Source: Anthoceros angustus (Eukaryota > Plantae > Anthocerotophyta). From it: a DNA stretch of 64,000 nt. The translations under genes were made by a program, and so were the position numbers. The notes under the pieces are model-generated. The model searched no databases, was not told where the DNA came from, and saw only the letters and a list, made by a program, of their open reading frames with translations. Every line of letters begins with the position of its first letter. Within the stretch, counting starts at the first letter, position 1. Of the stretch, positions 12,367 to 23,689 are shown one piece after another. Location of the stretch: the NCBI GenBank assembly GCA_010909165.1, contig VJWM01000172.1, positions 124,001-188,000 of the forward strand, given 5' to 3'.

Positions 12367-12795
12367 ATGAAGGAGCAACACAGCAAAATGGGCAGAGAGG
12401 AAGGTGGCTCCCACAACACAAGGGTTCCAATCCAAGAGCCAGGGAGGCAGCAGAGGAGGTGCTGGTGGTGTGGAATTACGGCCATGACGTGATCCAGCTC
12501 CCGCCGCTTCATCGATTTGGAGGAGGTTAGGCAGCGCACCTGCGTGATCGTGACGCAGGGGCGGGATGGGAGCCGGGGTATGGAGATGGGTTCGAGTTCC
12601 TTGGGCCGCCCTTCGCTGCGGAGGAGGTGGATCCGACCGGGGCCGGGGATTCGTTGGTGGCGGATTCTGCACCGGGTTGCAACACGGGCTGGAGGTGGGG
12701 AAGGCTGTGTTGACGGGGAAGTACTTGGGGCTCTGGCAGTGGGGCAGGTCAGGGTGCCCACCTTCTCGACGCTGCAGCTGCAGATGCAGCTTCAG
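12367..12795 (+). pseudogene. MIK: MIK deletion copy
   Basis: Same deletion junction ccagctcccgccgcttcatcg. Confidence 0.88.
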
Positions 12796-13234
12796 GCAAG
12801 TTGGACTATGGCTTTCTTCTTTCTTGCTGCTGGGTGTGGGTTGGGTGGAGGTTGATTGGTTGGAGGGTTTGTGTGTTGTTGCTCAGATGCTGGATGTGTG
12901 CTTGATGATGTGCAGGTGGGGTTGCAACGGTCTGAGGCAGGGGATGTGCATGATCCTTGAGTCCAATGCTGTGTTGGGTATTAACGATGGCTGCACTCGT
13001 GGGCTGGGAGCAGGAGTGTGTGCTCGCCGTAGCCCTCCTCGGCAGGAGAATGGCTGCCGAGAGCATGCTGGTGCAGCAGGGAAGGTGATGAAGATGGAGG
13101 AGCAGGTGCTGGGGTTAGGGCAACGGACGGACGTCCCTGGTTGCACTGAATGAATGTTGCCATGCTGCAGTATGTGTGCTCGGGCTTGAGACCTGAGAGA
13201 GAGCTGCTGGGGCCCTGTGATGAGATGGGCTCGA

Positions 13235-14522
13235 GGATGGTGTGCTCATCTGTTGTCGGAGAAGAACCTTGTGCTTTCATAACGGCAGATAAGGATAAGG
13301 TGGATGTCTGATTTGATAAGGGTCATGCTCGTTTTTTTTATCCTCTCCTTCTCTGAAGGTGTGTGTTCTGATGGGGGATTGGCTGTAACAGGTTGCTGCC
13401 TCGAACAGAGAGAGTCAGAGTGAAGTGGAAGGACACACAGTTCCTGGTGGTAGTGTGAGATGGCGTGCTAGAGGTAGAGGCAGAAGATGTTTGGTCCTTC
13501 ATATCTATTTCGACAACCATTTTCCTGGAGGGATGGTCCGTAAGGAAATAGATGTGATTGGTTGGGTCTTGCTCAACTAGCCAAGTTTGGCAAATCGTGG
13601 AGACTTATTGCTTGCTTATGAGACAAGCCTTCTTGTTGTCAGTGACTTGTTGTCCAGTTTGCTGAATATGATTAAGGAACAGACTTCGTTTCTCAAATGG
13701 TTCTATTTGGCAAATCAATTTGGGAGCTTTGATCTCGTCTTCAATTCTGTGTACATCCAAGGCACTTTGAGCTGGGCACTGGGATTTGGAATACCAGCAG
13801 GCGCCATCAATCTGGGAGGTCTGGGAGGTTTTGTGTCATGCTTAATTCTGGTGTACATCCTAGACGAGCTGGCTGGGTATTGGGATTCTAAATACCACAG
13901 CGGCCATGGGAATTGTACTGTCTGACGCCATACAGACACCAGAAGGGGGCAGCGCTTTGACCAGGATTGCCCAGGTCCTTGGTGTTGCGGGGAGAAAGTA
14001 GGAGGTGGCTTCTGCTAAACTTTTGGATCAGGTGTGAGAAGATGAGTCATAAAAGCACGAGCAGGCACGCAGAAAGCTTGAAACATACCCTACAGTTCAC
14101 GTAAGTCTGTCCTCCTTGTGCTCCGTGTTGTTGCTCGGTCGCTATTATGGTGATCAAGCAGTTTTAACGGAATCGGATGACGTTCGATCCATTTCAGATT
14201 CCTGGAGAAGCCCGCCATTGACATACATGGCAGCTCTTCACACACACTCGGGTGGAGGAGGTGAAGGTCAGACAGCACGCCGAGGTTTCGAAGGATATGC
14301 ATTGAGCTTGTGATGGGGACATTTGCCATGGTGGCAGGATAGAAGACAGCAGGCTCTTGTTTGAGTTATTCTTGCACCTCCGATCTCTTGGTTTCGCATC
14401 ACCATGTCAGGATCAGTACCAACATCAGTTGCAAAGACTGCATCGCTTTATGGGTTGGGTGAAAGTACTCGTCATAATGGCGTTCGACTAACCTCATGGC
14501 AGAACCTGCCTTGTGGGCTGTG
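13235..14522 (+). pseudogene. NPF (NRT1/PTR) transporter pseudogene, forward-orientation type
   Basis: Degenerate motifs KEQTSFLKWFYL, VYIQGTLSWALGFGIP, ALTRIAQVL, HFRFLEKPAI, TRVEEVK and IELVMGTFAMVAG, with many stops and frameshifts. Confidence 0.75.
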
Positions 14523-14871
14523 AAAGGGAGCTTTCTACACAACCTGCGCGTGGCCACCTCCAGCCTGGGTGAAAACTGGGAGGCCACCTCCAGCCTGGGT
14601 GAAAACTGGGAGGTCAGTGGAAGTATGCCATCCCATTTCCGTCTTCAAGATATGGACGGATGGCTTGCTACAGTTTCTACGACCCCATGCACTCAAAGTC
14701 CCTCGAAGTATTTGACTCAAAGTCTCTCGGCAGCGCATTCGCTCAACGTCCAAAAGCTGTTGAGAAGGCTTCCATGGTCAAAAGCAGCGTATGCACCGGC
14801 AAGATACAAAATTGCAAATAAATACAGCAGACATTTTCTTTGTCCATAGTTCACAGTTCATATCCTAATGG

Positions 14872-15263
14872 TCAAAAGGTTGAATCGAAATATATGAATT
14901 ATCCAAATTTATCACTAAATGATAGCCTAGAGAGTCAGCTATGCAAACTATTGCCGAACCTTGAGCAAATGTTAATGGAAACCTGGATATCTTCCATGCT
15001 CCATTCTGCCTTTCAAGTTGCGAAAGGCACGAAATTTATCGTCGTGAACATGGGCAGAAAGGATTTTGTACATATCTACGATGGCTCTAACTTGGTCATC
15101 AATGGATTGCCAACCTGCGGAGGTCTTGATACACTGAAACAACTTAGCATCTGCAGATAGAAAATATTGCCACCAACTAGCTCTGGTACTTCTATCCTTG
15201 GTGTCTCCATACTTCACCTTCAAGTGCTCTTCAAAAGGCTCGAAAACGCCTCTCATGTTGTTG
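14872..15263 (-). pseudogene. 3' part of the coiled-coil gene (C-terminal domain only), product of a 1.13-kb tandem duplication
   Basis: MRGVFEPFEE...YKILSAHVH; joined to NPF sequence through TGTTGTTG at 15256-15263. Confidence 0.85.
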
Positions 15264-15647
15264 CTCAGTCGCTATTATGGTGATCAAGTAGTTTTAACGG
15301 AATCGGATGACGTTCGTTCCATTTCAGATTCCTGGAGAAGCCCGCCATTGACATACATGGCAGCTCTTCACGCACACTCGGGTGGAGGAGGTGAAGGTCA
15401 GACAGCACGCCGAAGGATATGCATTGAGCTTGTGATGGGGACATTTGCCATGGCGGCAGGATAGAAGACAGCAGGCTCTTGTTTGAGTTATTCTTGCACC
15501 TCCGATCTCTTGGTTTCGCATCACCATGTCCAAGGATCAGTACCCAACATCAGTTGCAAAGACTGCATCGCTTTATGGGTTGGGTGAAAGTACTCGTCAT
15601 AATGGCGTTCGACTAACCTCATGGCAGAACCTGCCTTGTGGGCTGTG
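15256..15647 (+). pseudogene. Partial NPF pseudogene duplicate
   Basis: Copy of 14126-14522. Confidence 0.7.
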
Positions 15648-15993
15648 AAAGGGAGCTTTCTACACAACCTGCGTGGCCACCTCCAGCCTGGGTGGCTGGG
15701 AGGCCACCTCCAGCCTGGGTGAAAACTGGGAGGTCAGTGGAAGTATGCCATCCCATTTCCGTCTTCAAGATATGGACGGATGGCTTGCTACAGTTTCTAC
15801 GACCCCATGCACTCAAAGTCCCTCGAGAAAGTATTTGACTCAAAGTCTCTCGGCAGCGCATTCGCTCAACGTCCAAAAAGCTGTTGAGAAGGCTTCCATG
15901 GTCAAAACGCGTATGCACCGGCAAGATACAAAATTGCAAATAAATACAGCAGACATTTTCTTTGTCCATAGTTCACAGTTCATATCCTAATGG

Positions 15994-16785
15994 TCAAAAA
16001 GGTTGAATCGAAATATATGAATTATCCAAATTTATCACTAAATGATAGCCTAGAGAGTCAGCTATGCAAACTATTGCCGAACCTTGAGCAAATGTTAATG
16101 GAAACCTGGATATCTTCCATGCTCCATTCTGCCTTTCAAGTTGCGAAAGGGCACGAAATTTATCGTCGTGAACATGGGCAGAAAGGATTTTGTACATATC
16201 TACGATGGCTCTAACTTGGTCATCAATGGATTGCCAACCTGCGGAGGTCTTGATACACTGAAACAACTTAGCATCTGCAGATAGAAAATATTGCCACCAA
16301 CTAGCTCTGGTACTTCTATCCTTGGTGTCTCCATACTTCACCTTCAAGTGCTCTTCAAAAGGCTCGAAAACGCCTCTCATGTTGTTGACGCTTTTTGCCG
16401 CTAAGAGATCGAATTCGAGATCCCGAATTCTTCGTTTACAGAAAGAAATAGCCAGGTCCTTAGCCCTCGAAGCTTCAATGGCCTGCTCCTTAGCTTCAAT
16501 GGCCTGCTGCAAGGCTTGCTCCCTAGCCCTCGAGACATGCTCCCTAGCCCTCGAGACCTGGATGGTTTCTTCATGCAGCGTCTTGACTGAATCAATGAGC
16601 ATCTGTTGCCTCTCGGCGTCCTTCTCTGTTCTCAACAGGGTCAACAAAGGGTCCATATTGGAAGCTCTAACACTGAAAGCCTTGACATGCCTATCCCGAG
16701 CCCGAGCATAATCTCTTCTTGGCATACTCAAGCCCATGAGTGATTCAGAAGCAGAGCCGCTAATCGGCACCAGCAAAGCCGCCAT
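15994..16785 (-). CDS. Uncharacterised 263-aa protein: putative plastid transit peptide, heptad-repeat coiled coil, unknown C-terminal domain (only uninterrupted copy)
   Basis: Intronless ORF. The N-terminal 42 aa are Ser/Ala/Arg-rich and end in FSVRAS. Then REHVSRA/REQALQQAIEA/KEQAIEA heptads, then NMRGVFE...WWQYFL...YKILSAHVH...GYHL. The ORF is seen directly; expression is not shown. Confidence 0.7.
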   Translation of the reverse strand: MAALLVPISGSASESLMGLSMPRRDYARARDRHVKAFSVRASNMDPLLTLLRTEKDAERQQMLIDSVKTLHEETIQVSRAREHVSRAREQALQQAIEAKEQAIEASRAKDLAISFCKRRIRDLEFDLLAAKSVNNMRGVFEPFEEHLKVKYGDTKDRSTRASWWQYFLSADAKLFQCIKTSAGWQSIDDQVRAIVDMYKILSAHVHDDKFRALSQLERQNGAWKISRFPLTFAQGSAIVCIADSLGYHLVINLDNSYISIQPF

Positions 16786-16871
16786 AGCTAAAGACGCCCG
16801 CAATCCTCAACCAGCAAAGGCTTCCCGATTCTCCACTACCTCTCACCCCGCGAGCTGAAGAGCAAAGCCCT

Positions 16872-16983
16872 CCCTCCAATTCGTCTCTCAAACAGGGCGC
16901 AGCCAGGACAGCTCCTCCAATTCGTCTCTCAAACAGGGCGCAGCCAGGACAGCTCCTCCAATTCGTCTCTCAAAGGGCGCAGG
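16872..16983. repeat. ~42-bp VNTR, 3 units
   Basis: Unit cctccaattcgtctctcaaacagggcgcagcc(a)aggacagct. Confidence 0.9.
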
Positions 16984-17354
16984 CAAAGACAGGTAGCCCA
17001 GCCCAGCTCAGCGAAGCAGACAGCGGCTCCTTTCCTCAGCACAGCGGCAGACAGTGGGCAGAAGGAGGCGGCAAGCTCCCAAGATGCGAGAGCAGCACGG
17101 GGACTCAAATTCCCTTCCGCACCGAATTCAGCGGAGCTGTATAGAGCGGAAGACAGCGGCAGGAGGAACAGCGCCAGGGGCCAGGGCAGGGTCAGCAGGA
17201 GGCGTTGCTGCGTCTGCTGAGCAAGGAATCTGTTGAGGCCTTCTGCTGGCCCTGTCGCTATGTCTCAGGCTCCTCTGATGAGTGGCAACAGCTTGTGTTT
17301 TGCGTGCGCGTGGCAAGAAGTATCTCTCGGGGTGAAGACGTCCTCCGCCACGGA

Positions 17355-20100
17355 AAGCCCTGTACATGTGTATGCGAGAAGTCGTGAAGTGGAAGATGCA
17401 TGCCAGGTTTTCATTCTGTGAGATTCGGTAGTGATGGAGTAGTTAGTGGTAGGAGCTGCCTGGGTTCAATCCATCCTAGCCATTCTGTGAGTACTGCCAG
17501 TCGAGCATGACGCGCTTGTTGTGTATGAACAACTGGCTTGCCGGGGATGTGTTTGTCAGCAACTAGTTGGCTTGTGGACATACTGTACATGGAAAATGTG
17601 GGAGTTTGAAGGATGCCCGGTGAGTGTTAGCACAGCACGGCCACCTGCGCCATGCCATGGAATGCCCTGATATCTGTGTATGCGAAATGACGTGAACCTG
17701 AGGGCTTGAGGCAGGACCGGAAATGGGGTCGTGACGGCTGCAAATTGAGTAAGTTCACCTTTTGTAGCTGGCCTCTGAGTGCGTGCAGTTGCTGCGGATT
17801 TGTCAGGGTTGGGTTTTCTGGACAGCGTGGCCATGAAAGGATGAGTGGACATGGGCTGCCGTTCTTGGACAGGCTCTTTATTTGAAATGGTCTGATGTAC
17901 TGAAGGATGGTTTGCATTGAAGCTGATGGCATTCTGTTGCCGATCTGCTGATCCATTCGTGGTAGGCGGACGAGTTTGGGATGAGTGGATCTGGATAGCT
18001 GTGTGTGTGGGGGCTGTGTCTTGATGGTGGCTTGTGGGTATGCCAACCTCGTGTGTGCAGGATTGGGAATGGCCTCCGTGACTGCTGGAACTCTGTGAGC
18101 CTGTTATGTCAGGAGAGGAAGCCCTCTGTTACGTCCTTTTGGCTGACCCTGTTACTTTTGCTTAGATTGTATTGGGCGTCGTGATGGCTGGGATTGTAGA
18201 ATGTTATGTCGGCAGGGGATGCTTTCTGAGGCCGTTGGAGCTGCCCTGGATTCTATGGCGCAGATAGACCTTGCTGTTTCACAGCCTCTGGTTCATAATG
18301 CGCACGAAAGTGTCCGTCTGTAAGAAGGATTCATTTGTGGAGCGACGAGTACATTGATCTCAGTGTCCATTTGGGGTGCAGTGGAATATTCCATCTGGAA
18401 TGCTATGAGAGCTGGGTATGCCGAGCACGGGCTTGCTCGAATATGAAGCGCCAGTTGTGTGTGGACGACTGGAGCCGGAGGGCCTCATTTTCGCTGACCA
18501 TGTTACTTTGCTGTGCTTGAAAAGGCTGGTGCACAGCACTGGTGCCTTCAGAAGAGCATGGAGGTGCACACGCTGATTGCCCAAACACTGACTGCAGGGT
18601 ATCAAGGTGGGCAGCTGCCTGCAGATATGTGTGCCCAAGCAAAATGTTGCAAACTGAAGGATGCATGCCAGTTTTTCACATCATGGCCACAATGATGTGG
18701 TGACATGGAATGTCGTGATAGCAGGTTATGCAAAATGTGATGAACTGAGAGAGGCACGCCAGGTGTTTGACAGCATGAACTCGAAGAATGAGGTGACATG
18801 GAATGCCTGATAGCTGGGTACGCTGGGTACGCTGGACAAGGGCTCGGACATGAGTACCTTGTTCTGGAGGGAGGGCTGATCCTAGATGCTCATGCCTTTT
18901 CACTTGCCTCCTGAAGGCTAGTGCAAGTACTGGGGCCTTAAAGAAGGATGGGCAGCTGCACTCACTGGTTGACGAAAGAGGACTGCTGGGTAACGTGGTG
19001 TTGGGCAGATGGACGAAGAATTTCAATTTGCCGTACCAACCTGCGGCAGAGGATGCTTTCTGAGGCCGTTGGAGCTGCCCTGGATTCTATGGCGCAGATA
19101 GACCTTGCTGTTTCACAGCCTCTGGTTCATAATGCGCACGAAAGTGTCCGTCTGTAAGAAGGATTCATTTGTGGAGCGACGAGTACATTGATCTCAGTGT
19201 CCATTTGGGGTGCAGTGGAATATTCCATCTGGAATGCTATGAGAGCTGGGTATGCCGAGCACGGGCTTGCTCGAACATGAAGCGCTAGTTGTGTGGACGA
19301 CTGGAGCCGGAGGGCCTCATTTTCGCTGACCATGTTACTTTGCTGTGCTTGAAAAGGCTGGTGCACAGCACTGGTGCCTTTTCAGAAGAGCATGGAGGTG
19401 CACACGCTGATTGCCCAAACACTGACTGCAGGGTATCAAAGGTGGGCAGCTGCCTGCGGATATGTGTGCCCCCAAAAATGTTGCAAACTGAAGGATGCAT
19501 GCCAGTTTTTCACATCATGGCCACAAATGATGTGGTGACATGGAATGTCGTGATAGCAGGTTATGCAAAATGTGATGAACTGAGAGAGGCACGCCAGGTG
19601 TTTGACAGCATGAACTCGAAGAATGAGGTGACATGGAATGCCTGATAGCTGGGTACGCTGGGTACGCTGGACAAGGGCTCGGACATGAGTACCTTGTTCT
19701 GGAGGAGGGCTGATCCTAGATGCTCATGCCTTTTCACTTGCCTCCTGAAGGCTAGTGCAAGTACTGGGGCCTTAAAGAAGGATAGGCAGCTGCACTCACT
19801 GGTTGACGAAAGAGGACTGCTGGGTAACGTGGTGTTGGGCAGATGGACGAAGAATTTCAATTTGCCGTACCAACCTGCGGCAGAGGTAACAACCCATCCG
19901 CCCCTGCGACAGCATGACTCAGCACATCAGCAGAGCGAGGCTCCTCGTCAGCGGGACTTTTGGGAGGTCTGGCTCCAGTGCCATACAACCGGAAATTCCA
20001 ACAGAGAAATCCCGGAAATTTCCCCACACAAACCCAACCTGACAATGCTGTCAGCAGCTAGGTGCAAGCACACCATGATCTCACCTTGAAGCCCCAGGCT
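17355..20100 (+). pseudogene. PLS-class PPR pseudogene with an 834-bp internal tandem duplication
   Basis: VHVYARSREVEDACQVF, WNALISVYAK, NDVVTWNVVIAGYAKCDELREARQVFDSMNSKNEVTWNA; stops and frameshifts are shared between copies. Confidence 0.85.
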
Positions 20101-20933
20101 GGGCGTCCAATCTGTGCATGAAGCTGGGCGACCCAGCATGCGAATACGCAAGTGGCACACAAATATCTGATTCATCATCAGAGAAAGTCCATGTCACCAC
20201 ATGTTGTCGAGGAAGCCTGCCACGGCAATCACGCTTTGAGCGTTCTTCCTTCTTTCAGGCTGTCACACTTTGCATATACTAGTAGCCAACACCGTTGCCA
20301 TGTACAGAAAGCGAGACGAGGAAAGGAGGAAGAAGAGTCCGTTACATATTTGGTGGGTGTCGAATTAATGCTGTGCGTGAGGATAAATAGGAAGTCTGGG
20401 ATTCCAAAGCAAAGGGAATCCAGACTGAATCTCTCATTCAGCGTCACGTGCTTTCCACAGCGGGGAAAAGACCTACGTCCATCCTCGCTGTTTCAATCCA
20501 GAGGGGCAAGGAAGAAAGCAGAGTACCTGTGCCAGTCGGGGTTCCCTGGTCCTCTTCACCTGCGATTGGATTGAGAATCGAAGGGTGCTGATCCCTCGAG
20601 CCGTGCTAGCGACAGTCTGCTTGGAATTGATGTACATGGAATGGATGTGAATTGGTGGGGATCTGGGTTGGTGGGTTCCAGGTTGGTGTGTAGAATCGGT
20701 CTCCATTTCGTGGGATTCTGCGGTTGGTGTGTAAAATGTGTCTGAATTCGTGGGATTCCGATGTGGGTATTGTGAATTGGTGGGCTGGTGTTGAAGTGTT
20801 GGGTTGTTGAATTGGCCTCAATTCGTAGGATTCCGAAGTTGCGCTGAGCTTGTGATGGAATGGGAACAGGTCTTCCTGCATGCAAGACTGCCCACAACAG
20901 AATGGATTGGGAGAAGGCGGTAGGACATGCAGC

Positions 20934-21361
20934 ATGAAGGAGCAACACAGCAAAATGGGCAGAGAGGAAGGTGGGCTCCCACAACACAAGGGTTCCAATC
21001 CAAGAGCCAGGAGGCAGCAGAGGAGGTGCTGGTGGTGTGGAATTACGGCCATGACGTGATCCAGCTCCCGCCGCTTCATCGATTTGGAGGAGGTTAGGCA
21101 GCGCACCTGCGTGATCGTGACGCAGGGGCGGGATGGGAGCCAGGGGTATGGAGATGGGTTCGCGTTCCTTGTGCCGCCTTTCGGTGCGGAGGAGGTGGAT
21201 CCGACCGGGGCCGGGGATTCGTTGGTGGCAGGATTCTGCACCGGTTGCAGCACGGGCTGGAGGTGGGGAAGGCTGTGTTGACGGGAAGTACTTCGGGCTC
21301 TGGCAGTGGGGCAGGTCAGGTGCCCACCTTCTCGACGCTGCAGGTGCAGATGCAGCTTCAG
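20934..21361 (+). pseudogene. MIK: MIK deletion copy
   Basis: Same deletion junction. Confidence 0.88.
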
Positions 21362-21801
21362 GCAAGTTGGACTATGGCTTTCTTCTTTTCTTGCTGCTGG
21401 GTGTGCGTTGGGTGGAGGTTGATTGGTTGGAGGGTTTGTGTGTTGTTGCTCAGATGCTGGATGTGTGCTTGATGATGTGCAGGGGTGGGGTTGCAACGGT
21501 CTGAGGCAGGGGATGTGCATGATCCTTGAGTCCAATGCTGTGTTGGGTATTAACGATGGCTGCACTCGTGGGCTGGGAGCAGGGAGTGTGTGCTCGCCGT
21601 AGCCCTCCTCGGCAGGAGAATGGCTGCCGAGAGCATGCTGGTGCAGCAGGAAGGTGATGAAGATGGAGGAGCAGGTGCTGGGGTTAGGGCAACGGACGGA
21701 CGTCCATGGTTGCACTGAATGAATGTGGCAATGCTGCAGTATGTGTGCTCGGGCTTGAGACCTGAGAGAGCTGCTGGGGCCCTGTGATGAGATGGGCTCG
21801 A

Positions 21802-22264
21802 GGATGGTGTGCTCATCTGTTGTCGGAGAAGAACCTTGTGCTTTCATAACAGCAGATAAGGATAAGGTGCCTGTCTGATTTGATAAGGGTCATGCTCGTT
21901 TTTTCGATCCTCTCCTTCTCTGAAGGTGTGTGTTCTGATGGGGGATTGGCTGTAACAGGTTGCTGCCTCGAACATAGAGAGTCAGCGTGAAGTGGAAGGA
22001 CACACAGTTCCTGGTGGTAGTGTGAGATGGCGTGCTAGAGGTAGAGGCAGAAGATGTTTGGTCCTTCATATCTATTTCGACAACCATTTTCCTGGAGGGA
22101 TGGTCCGTAAGGAAATAGATGCGATTGGGTCTTGCTCAACTAGCCAAGTTTGGCAAATCGTGGAGACTTATTGCTTGCTTATGAGACGAGCCTCTTGTTG
22201 TCAGTGACTGTTAGTCCAGTTTGATGAATAGACTTCGTTTCTCAATTGGTTCTATTTGGCAAAT
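21802..22264 (+). pseudogene. NPF pseudogene 5' stub (also at 39742-40200, 45630-46092, 50171-50628, 54600-55056, 56624-57078)
   Basis: GWCAHLL..NLV to QFDE..SFLNWFYL, truncated at tttggcaaat and joined to the 3' flank of the coiled-coil gene. Confidence 0.6.
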
Positions 22265-22330
22265 TTGTGCACATTGTTTGTCCATAGGACAAAGTTCACA
22301 TCCTAATAGTCAAAAAGGTTGCATCGAAAT

Positions 22331-23193
22331 CTATGATTTATCCAAATCTATCAGTAAGTGATAGCCTAGAGAGTCAGCTATGCAAACTATTGCCGAACCT
22401 TGAGCAAATGTTAATGGAAACCTGGATATCTTCCATGCTCCATTCTGCCTTTCAAATTGCGAAAGGGCACCATTTTGCCTTTGATGTTGCGAAAGGGCAC
22501 GAAATTTATCGTCGTGAACATGGGCAGAAAGGATTTTGTACATATCTACGATGGCTCTAACTTGGTCATCAATGGATTGCCAACCTGCGGAGGTCTTGAT
22601 ACACTGAAACAACTTAGCATCTGCAGATAGAAAATATTGCCACCAACTAGCTCTGGTACTTCTATCCTTGGTGTCTCCATACTTCACCTTCAAGTGCTCT
22701 TCAAAGAGCTCAAAACGCCTCTCATGTTGTTGACGCTTTTTGCCGCTAAGAGATCGAATTCGAGATCCCGAATTCTTCGTTTACAGAAAGAAATAGCCAG
22801 GTCCTTAGCCCTCGAAGCTTCTATGGCCTGCTCCTTAGCTTCTATGGCCTGCTCCTTAGCTTCAATGGCCTGCTGCAAGGCTTGCTCCCTAGCCCTCGAG
22901 ACTTGCTCCCTAGCCATCGAGGCTTGCTCCCTAGCCCTCGAGACCTCCTCCCTAGCCCTCGAGACCTGGATGGTTTCCTCATGCAGCGTCTTGACTGAAT
23001 CAATGAGCATCTGTTGCCTCTCGGCGTCCTTCTCTGTCCTCAACAGGGTCAACAAAGGGTCCATATTGGAGCTCTAACACTGAAAGCCTTGACATGCCTA
23101 TCCCGAGGCCCAGGCATAAGGTCTTCTTGGCATACTCAAGCCCATGAGTGATCCAGAAGCAGAGCCGCTAATCAGCACCAGCAATGCCGCCAT
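22331..23193 (-). pseudogene. Coiled-coil gene copy, full length with 1-bp indels
   Basis: All three parts present; extra heptads; short duplication FRALSQHQRQNGALSQFERQNG. The indels may be sequencing errors. Confidence 0.7.
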
Positions 23194-23277
23194 AGATAAA
23201 AGACGCCCGCAATCCTCAACAGCAAAGGCTTCCCGATTCTCCACTACCTCTCACCCCGCGAGCTGAAGAGCAAAGCC

Positions 23278-23385
23278 CTCCTCCAATTCGTCTCTCAAAC
23301 AGGGCGCAGCCAAGGACAGCTCCCTCAATTCGTCTCTCAAACAGGGCGCAGCCAAGGACAGCTCCTCCAATTCGTCTCTCAAACA
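23278..23385. repeat. 42-bp VNTR, 2 full plus 1 partial unit
   Basis: aattcg at 23285, 23327 and 23369 (period 42). Confidence 0.9.
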
Positions 23386-23689
23386 GACAGTGGGCAGAAG
23401 GAGGCGGCAAGCTCCCAAGATGCGAGAAGCACGGGGACTCAAATTCCCTTCCGCACCAGATTCAGCGGAGCTGTAGAAACGGAAGACAGCGGGCGGGAGG
23501 AACAGCGCTAGGGGCCAGGGCAGGGTCAGCAGGAGGCGTTGCTGCGTCTGCTGAGCAAGGAATCTGTTGAGGCCTTCTGCTGGCCCTGTCGCTATGTCTC
23601 AGGCTCCTCTGATGAGTGGCAACAGCTTGTGTGTTTTGCGTGCGCGTGGCAAGAAGTGTCTCTCGGGTGAAGACGTCCTCCGCCACGGA

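Larger units (their letters stand above)
9251..12978. repeat. Tandem duplication of ~1.87 kb (9251-11126, 11127-12978)
   Basis: Near-identical copies; TATTAAC is shared at 9251, 11127 and 12979. Confidence 0.92.
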
